Shown one piece after another: positions 12,279-30,954 of a DNA stretch of 64,000 bases. The position numbers and the translations under genes were made by a program. The stretch lies in assembly GCA_040954595.2 (NCBI GenBank), contig CM082579.2, positions 8,235,625 to 8,299,624 on the forward strand, written 5' to 3'. Each line of letters starts with the position of its first letter. The first letter of the stretch is position 1. Under the pieces are notes generated by a model. It saw only the letters and a program-made list of their open reading frames with translations. It did not search any database and had not been told where the DNA came from. This DNA comes from Balanoglossus misakiensis. Taxonomy: Eukaryota > Animalia > Hemichordata.

Positions 12279-15200
12279 TCATGGCATACACTGTGTAAAG
12301 AGAAGCGCGACGATTATCAGAAGAAGAGGTGAAAATAAAACATTGGCAGACGACACTTCTTCGGAAGGGTATTCAAATCGCCCGATAACAGCGTAGTGGT
12401 CGGACAGATCGGTGATAGTTATATTGTTTCCACATCTTTCGTCGTACGGGTACAGATGGCCGATGAACAGTTTGATTCCATCGAAACAGATGTCAAAGGG
12501 TTCGTCGTCGACGTATTTGATCGCCTCCAGCGAAGACGATGTCGGCAGCAGGTGGTCGTAGCTGTAGACGACGTAATCGACCCATTCGCCGGGTATCCAG
12601 CCGCGACTCTCGGCGCAATCTTGCGGGTTCCCAGCGTTGAAGTTTATGTCGTTGTAGCAGTTGTCGTAGGTGACGTTGAAGGAGCCCACGACCTCGGGCA
12701 CGGTCGCCCGGAGTGCCTCCAGCATGGTTTCTAGCTGTTCCGGGCGGGAGTGCGCGTCGTTGTTCAGGTCGCCGCCGTAGAGAACTGCTTCGCCCTTCGT
12801 GATGTTCTGTCTCAGCATCAGCTGGTGCATCTCTTTGGTTTGGTTCAGTCTGGCCTCGTCTCCGCCGCGGTCGTGGTCACCCGACTGCATGTGGGTTCCC
12901 AGCACGTGGTAGTTCCTCGTCTTGCCGTCCACCGACTTCTCGATCTCCGCGTAGACAGCCCCCTTCGCTGCCATGGCGTCGTCGGAAGGGACAATCTTGC
13001 TTTCGTAGACGGTCTCATCCCACCTGACTATCGGCCACCGCGACGCGATGAAGACGCCGCCATTTTCCGGTGGCCACCGTTGATTTTCGCCGACGGTCCC
13101 CGTGTAATACCGAAAGTCATAGTACTCCAGCATCTGGCGGAAAGAAGCCCCGTCCATGGGGAAACAGCCGCCCGCGAAAGTTTCGTCAAAGATGATCGCA
13201 TCAATGTCGCCGTGCCTTCTGAAGGCCTCGGGGAGGATTCTGCACGTGCGCTCGTGCTGGCCATTCTGCCAGTACATATCCCGAAGTTCGTACACATTGT
13301 ACGCCAGTAACTTGAACGTGGTTGCCGGAGTCGGCTCGGAAAGCGTGACTTCCGGTACGGCGCACAAAGCATTCTGGCCCGGGAAGACGTAGCAGTAGTC
13401 CCAAGTGTTGTAGCGAGCGCTGCAGACGTATTCCAATCCGAACATCGCGCAATGGTCGGGTGTCAAGTCGCACTCTTTGGTTGCGTATCCTGTTGGTAAA
13501 GAAATACCTACTTTAGTATAACTCACGGCAAGGAACGGCCCGAATACAGACCATTCTTCGAAACAATAAACTAATAAACTTCCCAGAGAAAGTTGTTCTG
13601 TACTGTCTGAAAACGAGCTCAAATACCACGATTGCATAAAATAAAAATGTCAAGAAAACTTACCGAGCCAAACCTGTGGTCTGGTATCGGTACACTCAGC
13701 TACAGAGAAAAAGAAAGGAATTTTCATTAAATAATAGTATGCATTACAACATTATGAACATAAACGACATGGATACTATGCTAAAACTATCGCAGTTCGG
13801 ACAGTTTTGACAGTGTCAGTCGATTAACTTGGCCCTACCGTGTTGTGATTTGTTTAGTTCGTGTACGTACACGTTCCTCTTTTCTCCAGTTGTACTGTAT
13901 ATTGGAACTTACCGGGAATTGGTTCTTGAGTTGGGTTCGGCACGGGATCAAATGGGCTGCTGAAGTCGAAAACGCCCATGACTGCGTAGTGATCGGACAG
14001 ATCCGTGATGTTCCAGGAATCTCGACAACGTTCTTGGTAAGGGTACTGGTGCTTGCCAAGCTCTATGGGTACGGTTATTTCAATCGGTCCGATCTTAATT
14101 GGTTCGTCGCTTTGTGCAATTGGGAAAGACTGCATACACGGGGCAAATGGCTCCGACTCCACGAACTTGATGGCTTCCTGCGTTGCGTCATTGGGCATTT
14201 GGTGTTGATTGCTGTAAATGACGTAATCGATCCACTTGCCACCAGTTCCTGGATCCTTTTAGTCTCGGTTACCCAGACGCCTTTGCTTCTTCCGATGCTC
14301 TCCAGAAAAAGGGTCTGGGGAAATGCTATTGAAAGCTTTGTAAAACAAAATGGCCGATGTCAGGATTTTGATCATCGCCTGATTGGCTGAGCTGTCAGTA
14401 TGACCCGGGTCACTGACTCTCGACAATGTGTGATTATTTGTCGTATCTTCATATCAAGAGACCGGTACTTGTTGGTTGATGCGAAAGGCAAAAGGCGTCC
14501 TCTGTTAGCATTGTTGGAGAAATTATATGAAATATCTTTGGTAGACGATTGTCAAAACTATTGCAGTGACCCGGGTCATACAGACAGCTCAGCCAATCAG
14601 GCGATGATCAAAATCCTGACATCGGCCATTTTGTTTTACAAAGCTTTCAATAGCATTTCCCCAGACCCTTTTTCTGGAGAGCATCGGAAGAAGCAAAGGC
14701 GTCTGGGTAACCGAGACTAGGATCCTTTCTGATGTCGTTGTTTTCGTAGTCGTATGTGACGTTGAGGTCGCCGATGATTTCAGGCATATTGGCTTCAAGG
14801 ACAAGAAGCGTTTGATCCCATCGGCCATCGGGATCATCCAGCCTGGTGTTCAGGTCGCCGGCATAGATAACAGGCTCCGTGGACGGTATATTCTGTTCTT
14901 CCATGAGTGTGTGCATCTCTTTGCACTGAGCAACTCTGACACCATCTCCCTGGCCGCCGTCACCCTGACCAGACTGTAAGTGAGTTCCCAGAACGTGGTA
15001 GATTCTTTTCGTAGAACCGTCATCTTTCTCGATCTTGGCGTACATGGCGCCCTTGTTTGACAAGGCATCAATCGATGGCCGAGCGGAATTGTCATAGATG
15101 GTTTGTGCTTCTTTGAGAATAGGCCAGCGAGAAGCGATGAAGACGCCTCCATTTTCAATCGCGGTGACGTCAGGCGGGGCGATCGGTGGGAAGGAGCCTT

Positions 15201-17003
15201 CCCCGGGTGGGAATGGTAAGAGCGATTTGTCCTGGCCGACTGTCTTTGTATGATGGACGAAACCGTATTGCGAGAGAATGTCACGAAGCGACAGGCCATC
15301 AGACGGGAAACAACCACCCATGAACACTTCGTTGAATACGATGACGTCAACATCGCCGTAGAGATCAAAGATTTTCTGGGGAATCCGACACGTACGTTCG
15401 TACTGCCCCCTTTGGTAGTAGACGTAATTCAGTTCCAAGACGTTGTACATCAAGACTTTCAAAGTCGTAGCTGGGGTGGCTGGCGGCAAAGTCTTGTCGG
15501 GTAATGCGCACAAGACGTTTTGGTCAGTGACGGCCGCTCCACTACAAGGATGTAGGAAGTCATAGTCAGCTGAACATACATACTCTAAGCCAAACATAGC
15601 ACAGTAGGAGCTATCGAGATTGCATTCCGAAGTGGCGTCACCTGCAAACGAAAAGAAATATTTTTTGAGATAATCCAAAATAAACCCCAGTGAAACTCAT
15701 GATAAATTTAAAATTCGAAAGTGGTCACTGGCGAAGTTGCGAAATCTTCAGAAATAAGTTTCATTCTTTCACGACCGGTATATTTTTTGCGATTTGTAGT
15801 AATCTGGTGCGTATTATCAAGTTTGGTAATAAATTTGACAGTTATTTTTAGAGTGTGTGATACCGTAATGAACAAACGGTGTAAATTCTCTGAATCCGTT
15901 TTGACGCATAATATTTCCAAACTTTTTTTTCGCCGTCGAATCAAACGGGTTTGTTTTGAGCTGTACCATGGTAGCTAGTCATGCAATGAGAACCATCATC
16001 ACCAGCGAGATTGTAGTCTCCGATAAGACAATGTACTATACACGCACTACCTAATGTACGAAACGTTGACATTTTCTGATGCTTACCAAGCCAGACCTGT
16101 GGTCTTGTGTCAATGCAAGATTCTGGAATGGAAGAACATGAATGAAAATTAACTTTCATAAAGTAAAGAAGAAGGGTTATAAGTGTCACGGTATAGCTGA
16201 CATTGACTCTGGACGCCATTTTGAATTGAAACTTTCGTCACTCAGCTCGTGTTGCTAAGTGACGTTGTTGGAAATGTGCGCTCGAGCTGTTAGTTCTATG
16301 ACAGTAAATGTGGAAGTCTAAAACCTAAATACTAAATGAAGAACATCTTACCTATGTTAGACATAACGTCCTGTTCCTGAACACTGCTTTTGGCATCTGC
16401 ATAAAATATTAAACCCACATTACGTTTCTCGAAGTATCTACACCATATGTTGAGTAAAAGTGATGACCTGTCTTGATTCACTTAGCATCCGAACATTTTA
16501 GCCCGCCTTAATTCTCAACAGGCTGTACGCCGTACAGAGATAAGGTGCACGAAATCATTGTTATAGCACTACGTGATAAATTGTCAGCATGTTGATCTGG
16601 AGTAGATCATTAACACGAGGGATGCGCTGATATGTAGTGGAGAATCACTGCGTGGACGCTGGCAGTTTTTTTGCATTTACAGTGATGCCATGTTTAACTG
16701 GTCACCCCGATGACGCGTTCCGAAAAGCCCCCGACTACAAATTTTAGTACAGTTTCGTAAAATGTGCATAACGTGTTTGCGTAACGATGCAACATGAAAA
16801 TAACATATTTAATATGTGCATAACTGTGAAAGGTGGACCTAAAAGACTGGTGCATCTTTCCAACGCGAAGGCGGACAAACCTGAGCAAGTCTCAACCGAT
16901 ATATGCTATGTATATGAAATATGTACCTACCGTTGAAACTTCCACCAACAAGCACTAAAATCAGCGCCGCTATTACCACATTTGGTCGCCTGTGGAGAGA
17001 CAT
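12279..17003 (-). pseudogene. Gene C: two-domain sphingomyelinase C-like gene with its first domain disrupted by a MITE (disrupted allele or pseudogene)
   Basis: Exons: 17003-16931 (MSLHRRPNVVIAALILVLVGGSFN), probable 16396-16352, 16122-16087, 15641-13913 (1260 nt + 469 nt insertion), 13699-13664, 13489-12279 (ends LLLIIVALLFTQCMP*). Read-through into the insertion stops at 14647, before WIDY and SDH. The rest of the gene is intact. Confidence 0.75.
14260..14719. mobile_element. 460-bp non-autonomous DNA transposon (MITE) with ~156-bp TIRs and a 9-bp TSD
   Basis: Termini TAGTCTCGGTTACCCAGACGC...GCGTCTGGGTAACCGAGACTA. TIRs 14260-14415 and 14564-14719, one mismatch seen. TSD GGATCCTTT at 14251-14259 and 14720-14728. 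The empty site is present in the paralogue at ~19943-19951. Confidence 0.95.
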
Positions 17004-17570
17004 CGTGCGCTGGTGCTGTGCAGTGCTTCGTCTTTGTTAGCGCCGGTTCCTTCTGCAACTCGACGGATCAACGCTGGCTGTTGTGTACTCTGACAATGGT
17101 AGGCCGAATAAATGCGTGTGGCAACAATATATTTTTCACCTTGTTAATATTTAAAAACGCATAGGTTAATAATACGCTTGTTTACACCCACCAGCAAGCT
17201 TATGGACCAATCTCAGTCTTCCAAATAGTCAAATAACGTGAAGTAATTTGTTAACCCAGTCTGACCCGTTCAACCATTTATATGGTAAGCTATGTAATGT
17301 ACATGTATCCGTCCGTCGAGATTAAATGATAGGTCCAATTTTCGGTATGATTTCTGCAGCAAACTGAGCTGCAACCCATTAATAGTATAGGCAGATAGGC
17401 GAGTATTAATAAAGCACACAGAGACAAATTTAAACACGTGGTGTATATTAATGTTTGTTATTATCATACTTTATTTTGGACAAATCGAAAAAACTTTATG
17501 GCGGCTAGGTATAGTTGAAGTTATCCGCATGGAAGAGCATAGAACTATCACACGAATCTTTACAAGAAAT

Positions 17571-20500
17571 TTATGGCAAGCAATATGCAAAGATGGCGGA
17601 AATGATTATCGGTAGGATGGAAGAGTATAAAACACGAGCAGACGACACATCTTTATCTCCGTATTCAAATCGTCCAAGGACGGCATAGTGGTCGGCCAGG
17701 TCGGCGATGGTTCTGTTCTCCCTGCAGTTGTCGTCATACGGGTACAAATGGTCGCTGAAGAGCCTGATGCCGTCGTAGCAGATGGTGAAGGGGTCGTCGT
17801 CGACGTACTTGATCGACTCCTGCGATGCAGACGTCGGCAGCAGGTGCGCGTAGCTGTAGAGGACGTAATCGATCCAGGAGCCCGGCAGCCAATCGCGGTT
17901 TTCTGCGCACTCCAGCGGGTCGCCGGAACCGTGGTTCAGGTCGTTGTAGCACTTGTCGCTGGTGACGTTGATGGAGCCGATGATCTCGGGCAGGGTGGAT
18001 TCGAGCGCCAACAGCATGGCGTCGAGATTGTCCGGCTCGTCGTACATGTTGGTATTCAGGTCACCCCCGTAGATGACCGCCTCGTCCTTCGGGACGTCCT
18101 GCCTCAGCATCAGCTCGTGCATTTCTATGGTTTGGTTCAGTCTGGCCTCGTCCCCGCCACGGCTGGTGTCGCCGGCCTGCAGGTGGGTTCCGAGTACGTG
18201 GTATTTTCTCGTCTCGCCGTCGACCGACTTTTCTATCTCCGCGTAGATTGACCCCTTCGCTGCCATGGCGTCGTCAGAGGGGGCTATCTTGCTTTCGTAG
18301 ACGGTTTCGTCCCACCGGACAATTGGCCATCTTGAGGCGATGAAGACGCCGCCGTTTTCCGGCGGCAACAGAAGATCTTCGCCGACGGTTCCTGTGTAAT
18401 ACTTGAAGTCGTAGTACTCCAGCATCTGGCGGAAAGACGCGCCATCCATGGGGAAACAGCCGCCCATGAAAGCCTCGTTGAAAATAATTGCATCCAGATC
18501 CCCGTGTCGCCTGAAGATCTCAGGGAGGATTCTGCACGTGCGTTCGTGCTGGCCACTTTGGTAGTAGACGTAGCGCAGTTCGTACACGTTGTAGGCCAGA
18601 ACTTTGAAAGTGGTCGCAGCTGTCGGGCTGGGTAGTGTAACCTCCGGTATGGCGCACAAAGCATTCTGACCGGGAAAGACATAGCAGTAGTCCCAGGTGT
18701 TGTAGGGAGCGCTGCAGACATAATCCAATCCAAACATAGCACAGTGCTCCGGCGTCAGGTCACACTCCTTGGTTGTATACCCTAAAGTGTCGAAGACACA
18801 AACGAACCAGAAACGTCAATGACAGTATATTAATCATGCATGCTTTTATGAATAATAAACCTTTTTACGGGTAATTTAGATGTTGGCAGATCACAGCCAG
18901 CTCTGTGAACCCTCGTACACGTTTGAAAGATACTCCAACTGAGCTTTCTGGTCGTAAAGGAAACATGGAAATATATTGCCGATAATGTGACCTTTGCTTC
19001 GACAACAAAGTGTTCAATTCTAAGAGAAAGAGAACTCAAAGTGTTTTACGACGTTTATTCTGAGAACTTACCAAGCCAAACCTGTGGTCTGTTATCTGTA
19101 CACTCAGCTGTGGATAGGAAACAGAAAACCAAACACAAATTCAATGGAAATGTTGTTATTTATTCGAGTTTACTGGTCCTTTTCAACAGTAATCCGGGTC
19201 CTCTCTTTAAGTATAATCTGAGATCTAGAAGTTTTAAAGGTTGACAATCGTCTTATGCGCATGTGCGTAATTGGGTGCGTACAAACAATATGTCCATTCC
19301 AAATGTTCTGGAAATATTTCATTCAAAACATTCGAATAGTGGACTGCTTTCGCTTCCTTCTATATTTCATGCGCACCATATAAGTAGACTTTAGTTTTGT
19401 CCCTTCTTTTCACCAAATTCCCGATCTCCGACACAGACTGTGCTCGCCGCCATCTTGTCTGTTGTTTAGGTCCGCACACTGCCTTATGGCATTGACTGTA
19501 TACAATTTTTGTAATCAGAATCTCTGGTTTGGCACATGCGCATTTAAGACATGTCTGACTCTCTATTTGCACCACAATTTTGTCGAAGTTTTATTGGAAC
19601 TTACCGGGAAGTGGTTCTTGAGTTGGGTTCGGCACGGGATCAATTGGGCTGCTGAAGTCGAAAACGCCCATGACTGCGTAGTGATCAGACAGATCCGTGA
19701 TGTTCCAGGAATCTCGACAACGTTCTTGGTAAGGGTACTGGTGCTTGCCAAGCTCTATGGGTACGGGTATTTCAATTGGTCCGATCTTAATTGGTTCGTC
19801 GCTTTGTGCAATTGGGAAAGACTGCATACACGGGGCAAATGGCTCCGACTCCACGAACTTGATGGCTTCCTGCGTTGCATCATTGGGCATTAGGTGTTGA
19901 TTGCTGTAAATGACGTAATCGATCCACTTGCCACCAGTTCCTGGATCCTTTCTGATGTCGTTGTTTTCGTAGTCGAATGTGACGTTGAGGTCGCCGATGA
20001 TTTCAGGCATGTTAGCTTCAAGGACAAGAAGCGTTTGATCCCATCGGCCATCGGGGTCATCCAGCCTGGTGTTCAGGTCACCGGCATAGATAACAGGCTC
20101 CGTGGACGGTATATTCTGTTCTTCCATGAGTGTGTGCATCTCTTTGCACTGAGCAACTCTGACACCATCTCCCTGGCCGCCGTCACCCTGACCAGACTGT
20201 AAGTGAGTTCCCAGAACGTGGTAGATTCTTTTCGTAGAACCGTCATCTTTCTCGATCTTGGCGTACATGGCGCCCTTGTTTGACAAGGAATCAATCGATG
20301 GCTGAGCAGAAGTTTCATAGATGGTTTGTGCTTCCATAAGAATAGGCCAGCGAGAAGCGATGAAGACGCCTCCATTTTCAATCGCGGTGATGTCAGGCGG
20401 GGCGGTGGGTGGGAATGTGCCTTCCCCGGGCGGGAATGGTAAGAGCGATTTGTCCTGGCCGACTGTCTTTGTATGATGGACGAAACCGTATTGCGAGAGA

Positions 20501-22453
20501 ATATCACGAAGCGACAGGCCATCAGACGGGAAACAACCACCCATGAACACTTCGTTGAAAACGATGACGTCAACATCGCCGTAGAGGTCAAAGATTTTCT
20601 GGGGAATCCGACAGGTACGCTCGATTTGTCCTCTTTGGTAGTAGACGTAATTCAGTTCTAAGACGTTGTACATCAAGACTTTCAAAGTCGTAGCTGGGGT
20701 GGCTGGCGGCAAAGTCTTGTCGGGTAATGCGCACAAGACGTTTTGGTCAGTGACACCCACTCCACCACAACGATGTGTGTTGGCATAGTCCTCTGAACAA
20801 ACATAATCTAAGCCAAACATGGCACAGTAGGAGCTATCGAGATTGCATTCCGAGGTAGCGTCGCCTGAAAAAGTACAACAATTATTGCTACTACAACATA
20901 ACATTTTTCTTAAATAGATGCGAGGGGCATGTTCTATTCTTCATCTGAAGCGAAATCTCGTGACAGTATAAAATCCGACCAATAACTTTCTTTCAAGTGA
21001 AAACACATTAAAATGTGTAAATGTGTAATAGGAGGATACATACATACATACATACATACATACATACATACATACATACATACATACATACATACATACA
21101 TACATACATACATACATACATACATACATACATACATACATACACACATACATACATACACACATACACACATACATACATACATACATACATACATACA
21201 TACATACATACATACATACATACATACATACATACATACATACATACATACATACATACATACATACATACATACATACATACAATGTGTCTATTTGTAG
21301 TTAACAACCACTTACCAAGCCAAACCTGTGGTCTTGGGTCAATACAAGATTCTGAAATTAGAAGCAAAATTTAATGATAAGAAAATAGGAGTTGAGGAGA
21401 ATGGACGGAATGACTGAATATGCGGTTCTTATCTTGTTACGAGATAGCAACACGTTTCCTTATCAGCGTACAGGTGATGGAATGGTCTGTTATCAGCACA
21501 AAATGAGATTGATGGTACGGTGTCAGTGGTCGGCAACAATATAAAACAATCAATCGGGGGTAATTAAGTTTAGAGTGACAACCACGTCATTCCAACGAAG
21601 AAATAGATCATTCTGTGTATATCGATCAGTGATATGGAGACCGGCTTTCTTTGGCATCTGAATAACTCACCTCAGCGCACACCACCTAGGACACCAAACT
21701 ATGATACATTGACAGAGACAGACGAGACTCTGAGTTTGGAACAGGCATGGAAGATGAATTTCCGTTGACCCTTGTCCTTGATTTCGCATCGGCCTACTTT
21801 GGAATTGTATACCTTATCACATTTTATCGGCCCAGATACGGACTGGCCATCAGATTACTGGAAATATGCACTGCGATTTGGTTATTTGCTGACATCGGAT
21901 CAGTAGACAAGCGCTCGATCACGGGCAGAATGGTCACTGCCGCGGGATGATGGGCCCGATGGCCGGCAGACATTAAAACGCTGGCGAAAAAACCTCCGCA
22001 TATAGTACTGTATCTGCCTTTTCAGAGTTTCCTGGGATTTTAGATTCGTACTAAGGTGACTTTCAATCATAGTGCGGCACAGCAAGATCGTAGACCGCGC
22101 ACGTCATACACAAAAACCTGAAACTTAACTTCTTCGCGGGCAAACACTCAGCTTTAAATCAGTCGGCACTTCTGGTTAGATTATGGAGGAGTGATGCTTA
22201 TGTTACTTATCAGCCCGATGTGCACTGCATGAAGTTCTGATAGTAGAAATATGAATCGCGCCCGCGCGTGTGTGTGTGGAGGGGGGACGTGGTCATTCAA
22301 ACCTTGAAAATACGAACCCATCATTTTGCAAAACATATTGATTTCTACGTATAATAAATGTACATTGTGTAAATCACTCTTACCTATGGAACCCGAGGAG
22401 ACCAGAGCGATCAATGATGACAAGAGAACAATCGCAGCATTGTAACGAGACAT
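17571..22453 (-). CDS. Gene D: tandem two-domain sphingomyelinase C-like protein, ~870 aa
   Basis: Exons: 22453-22384 (MSRYNAAIVLLSSLIALVSSGSI), 21351-21316 (ESCIDPRPQVWLG), 20864-19605, 19107-19072, 18781-17571 (ends ILPIIISAIFAYCLP*); total 2613 nt, phase-1 GT-AG introns. AATAAA at 17470-17475 (minus). Confidence 0.82.
21036..21283. repeat. (CATA)n microsatellite, ~248 bp, intronic
   Basis: Long tandem CATA array with a few CACA variants. Confidence 0.97.
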
Positions 22454-22731
22454 CTTGTGGCGCAAGCTATATCCCGAAGGCTGCGCAGCGCAACTTTGAT
22501 CTCCGATGTTTGGAGATGTGAGTGTCTGTTCCTAGGTTTTGTCGGTATTGCTACTTATATCTTGGAGGCCATAAACATTTCATTGGCGTTAGATGGTCAC
22601 GTGTCTCTTGGGGGGTGTAGGCACTTCAGCTTGCAACACGTGCGTGATTCGACATCGAAAACTTCATGTGTGTATACGCCATCAATCAATTAAGCTTAGT
22701 GTTTCCACAAGTATCCAAGCATGGAAAATCC

Positions 22732-22844
22732 TAGTCTCGGTTACCCAGAGCCCTCCGCTTTTTCCGTTGGGCACTCCAGAAAGAGGGTCCCTCTTTCTGG
22801 AGTGCCCAACGGAAGAAGCAGGGGGGTCTGGGTAACCGAGACTA
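22732..22844. mobile_element. 113-bp palindromic MITE of the same terminal family as 14260-14719
   Basis: Same termini TAGTCTCGGTTACCCAGA / TCTGGGTAACCGAGACTA; nearly the whole element is a hairpin. Flanked by GGAAAATCC at 22723-22731 and 22847-22855, with 2 extra nt (TA) on the right. Confidence 0.88.
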
Positions 22845-23331
22845 TAGGAAAATCCAAAACGGCTATATATAACATTGTAACAAGGGATGACTATTTTTTG
22901 TGCAATTATCCGCAAGAATTTGTTTCAATTCATGAACGGATTACGAAATCAAATATTGTTGAGCTTAACACAAGGTATGTATCGCACATTTATTAAATGC
23001 ACTGTTCTTTATTACGAGCAGACCTAAAGATTAGAGCATTTTTTGACCTTTCACACACCCACCACAAACTGCAAACAACCATGTGCGTAGTATTTCATTG
23101 TATCTGATTGGGTTTTTATAAACATTAAAATCATAATTATGTATCCCATTCTATCTCACATTTCAACGTATTGTTACAGAAGTTAATAACACGATAATTA
23201 CAGAAAATATTGTAATTGTACAATCATGACTCAAGTTATACCTCTGGGGCATTCATTTTGTTGGTATTTGTAACAGTGTTGAAAATGAGAAACGTTAAAA
23301 TTTCCAACTGTGGATCCAGTTGTATTTCGAT

Positions 23332-29431
<6,100 letters not shown>

Positions 29432-30954
29432 CACCGTCAATACGTACATGTACTATGTTGCAAGCGACAACAGAGTGCGGGATAGCAACAGTAGAGGTAC
29501 AATCATTAATAGTAAACGGGGTGAGTTTTGTCAGGCGCTAGAAGCAGGCTTGATTCGCTTTAATTCAACACGTGATGGTCTGAAGGAGGTGTCTCCACCG
29601 CAGTTGGCATTTATAAATGTGAAGTGTACTTTGGTCCACATCGCGTGTTTTCATTTCCCTACTTTGCGTATATCATGTGTTTCTTGTCGTGTATTATAGG
29701 TTAGTTAAAGCTCCATTAATCGTAACTTTCCGCTAGGTTTTCAGTATTTATGTTATGTGTTTCTACTAGAATTTCTTGTTCAAATTCCTGAAACATGATC
29801 AAATGTACTGGTATACGTGTACAGTCAGCATTGTTATCATACAAAATTTGAATTCAAGTGCGGACTAGAATTCATTTGTCAACAATAACAATGGAGTTTA
29901 CAGGTTATGTTGACAAGTGGAGTGCTTGTATATTACACATCTTCGTAAAAAAACAACTAGATCGGTCAAGCAGACCCGTTTTATTCAACGCACATGGCAT
30001 GTCAAATTGAAGTTGTTGGTGCCTTTGTTGTGCAAATTAGCATTCTTTTTAAGGAATTTTACTGGCCAATACACACATTATGGTCATCTACACGTATTGG
30101 TGTTAATTGTGTTGCACATACTGGATCATGGCTGCGAAAAACCTTTGTGCCGTGTATAGTCTATCACACCCATGTAAGATCAACAGGGGAGCCCACGGCA
30201 GACAGACGGTAATTAATCTCTTAATTTTTATTTCAACCACTTGAAAATTTAAGTGTGTTAAAGTTGGATCACGCAGTGGGCTATAGATAATCTTCCATCA
30301 TGCCACTTCGCTGATCAAAGACCACGGTATCACATCAGATTGGACGAGATACGTGCATTGTCAGACTGCAGACCTGCTTGCAGATTGTGGCAACCCCGTC
30401 TGCGTCTATCATGGGTCCGATGACCAGTCCTACGTACATTTTGGAAGGTTAAATATTCAAGCTTTGTTTACGAGGTCCTCTTGTTGCATGGGCAATGTTA
30501 TCGAACATGCCGAACATTATATACACACGAGAATCACAGGACCGTAGTTATTACTGTATTTCGGATGTGGCGAAACTTGCCAAAAGGAATGATTGGGTGT
30601 GTTAACGTTGTTCGTCTGTTGGTAATGGCGAGGACAGCAGCTGCAGACCAATCACAATTGGTGCTACAGAAAAATATCTCACTATATAAATGGCCAATCA
30701 CTCACGAGCCAGCTGCTATATACATGCAGTCATTACAATAATTAGCGCATATGTATTACATACAAAGTATAGGTAGTGCAAAAGTGGAGTATGAAGAAGT
30801 ACTAAGTATAACCGAAATCAAGAAGTAAAAAGTTGCAATGAAATGGGGGGGATTAGAATGGGTAAGTTATACTAGGGTTTCTAATTTTGCAAACATTTGG
30901 ATGGGTAATAATGCTGAAGGGAAGTATATACGGATATTTGCATAATGCGGTACG

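Noticed and set aside
13845-14837. ORFs sharing ILVSVTQTPLLLPMLSRKRVWG on both strands
   Set aside because: Translations of the MITE inverted repeats, not a transposase.
20934-21374. MYVC/YIHT repeat ORFs (also ERER at 24268-24804 and HSFI at 33911-34093)
   Set aside because: Translations of intronic microsatellites.
21671-21748. Alternative first exon for gene D (ATG at 21748, GTGAGT donor)
   Set aside because: In-frame TAG and wrong phase; 22453-22384 is a clean signal exon.
29705-30850. TTAAAGCTCCATT... possible old TTAA-type transposon
   Set aside because: The right terminus is too degenerate to define.
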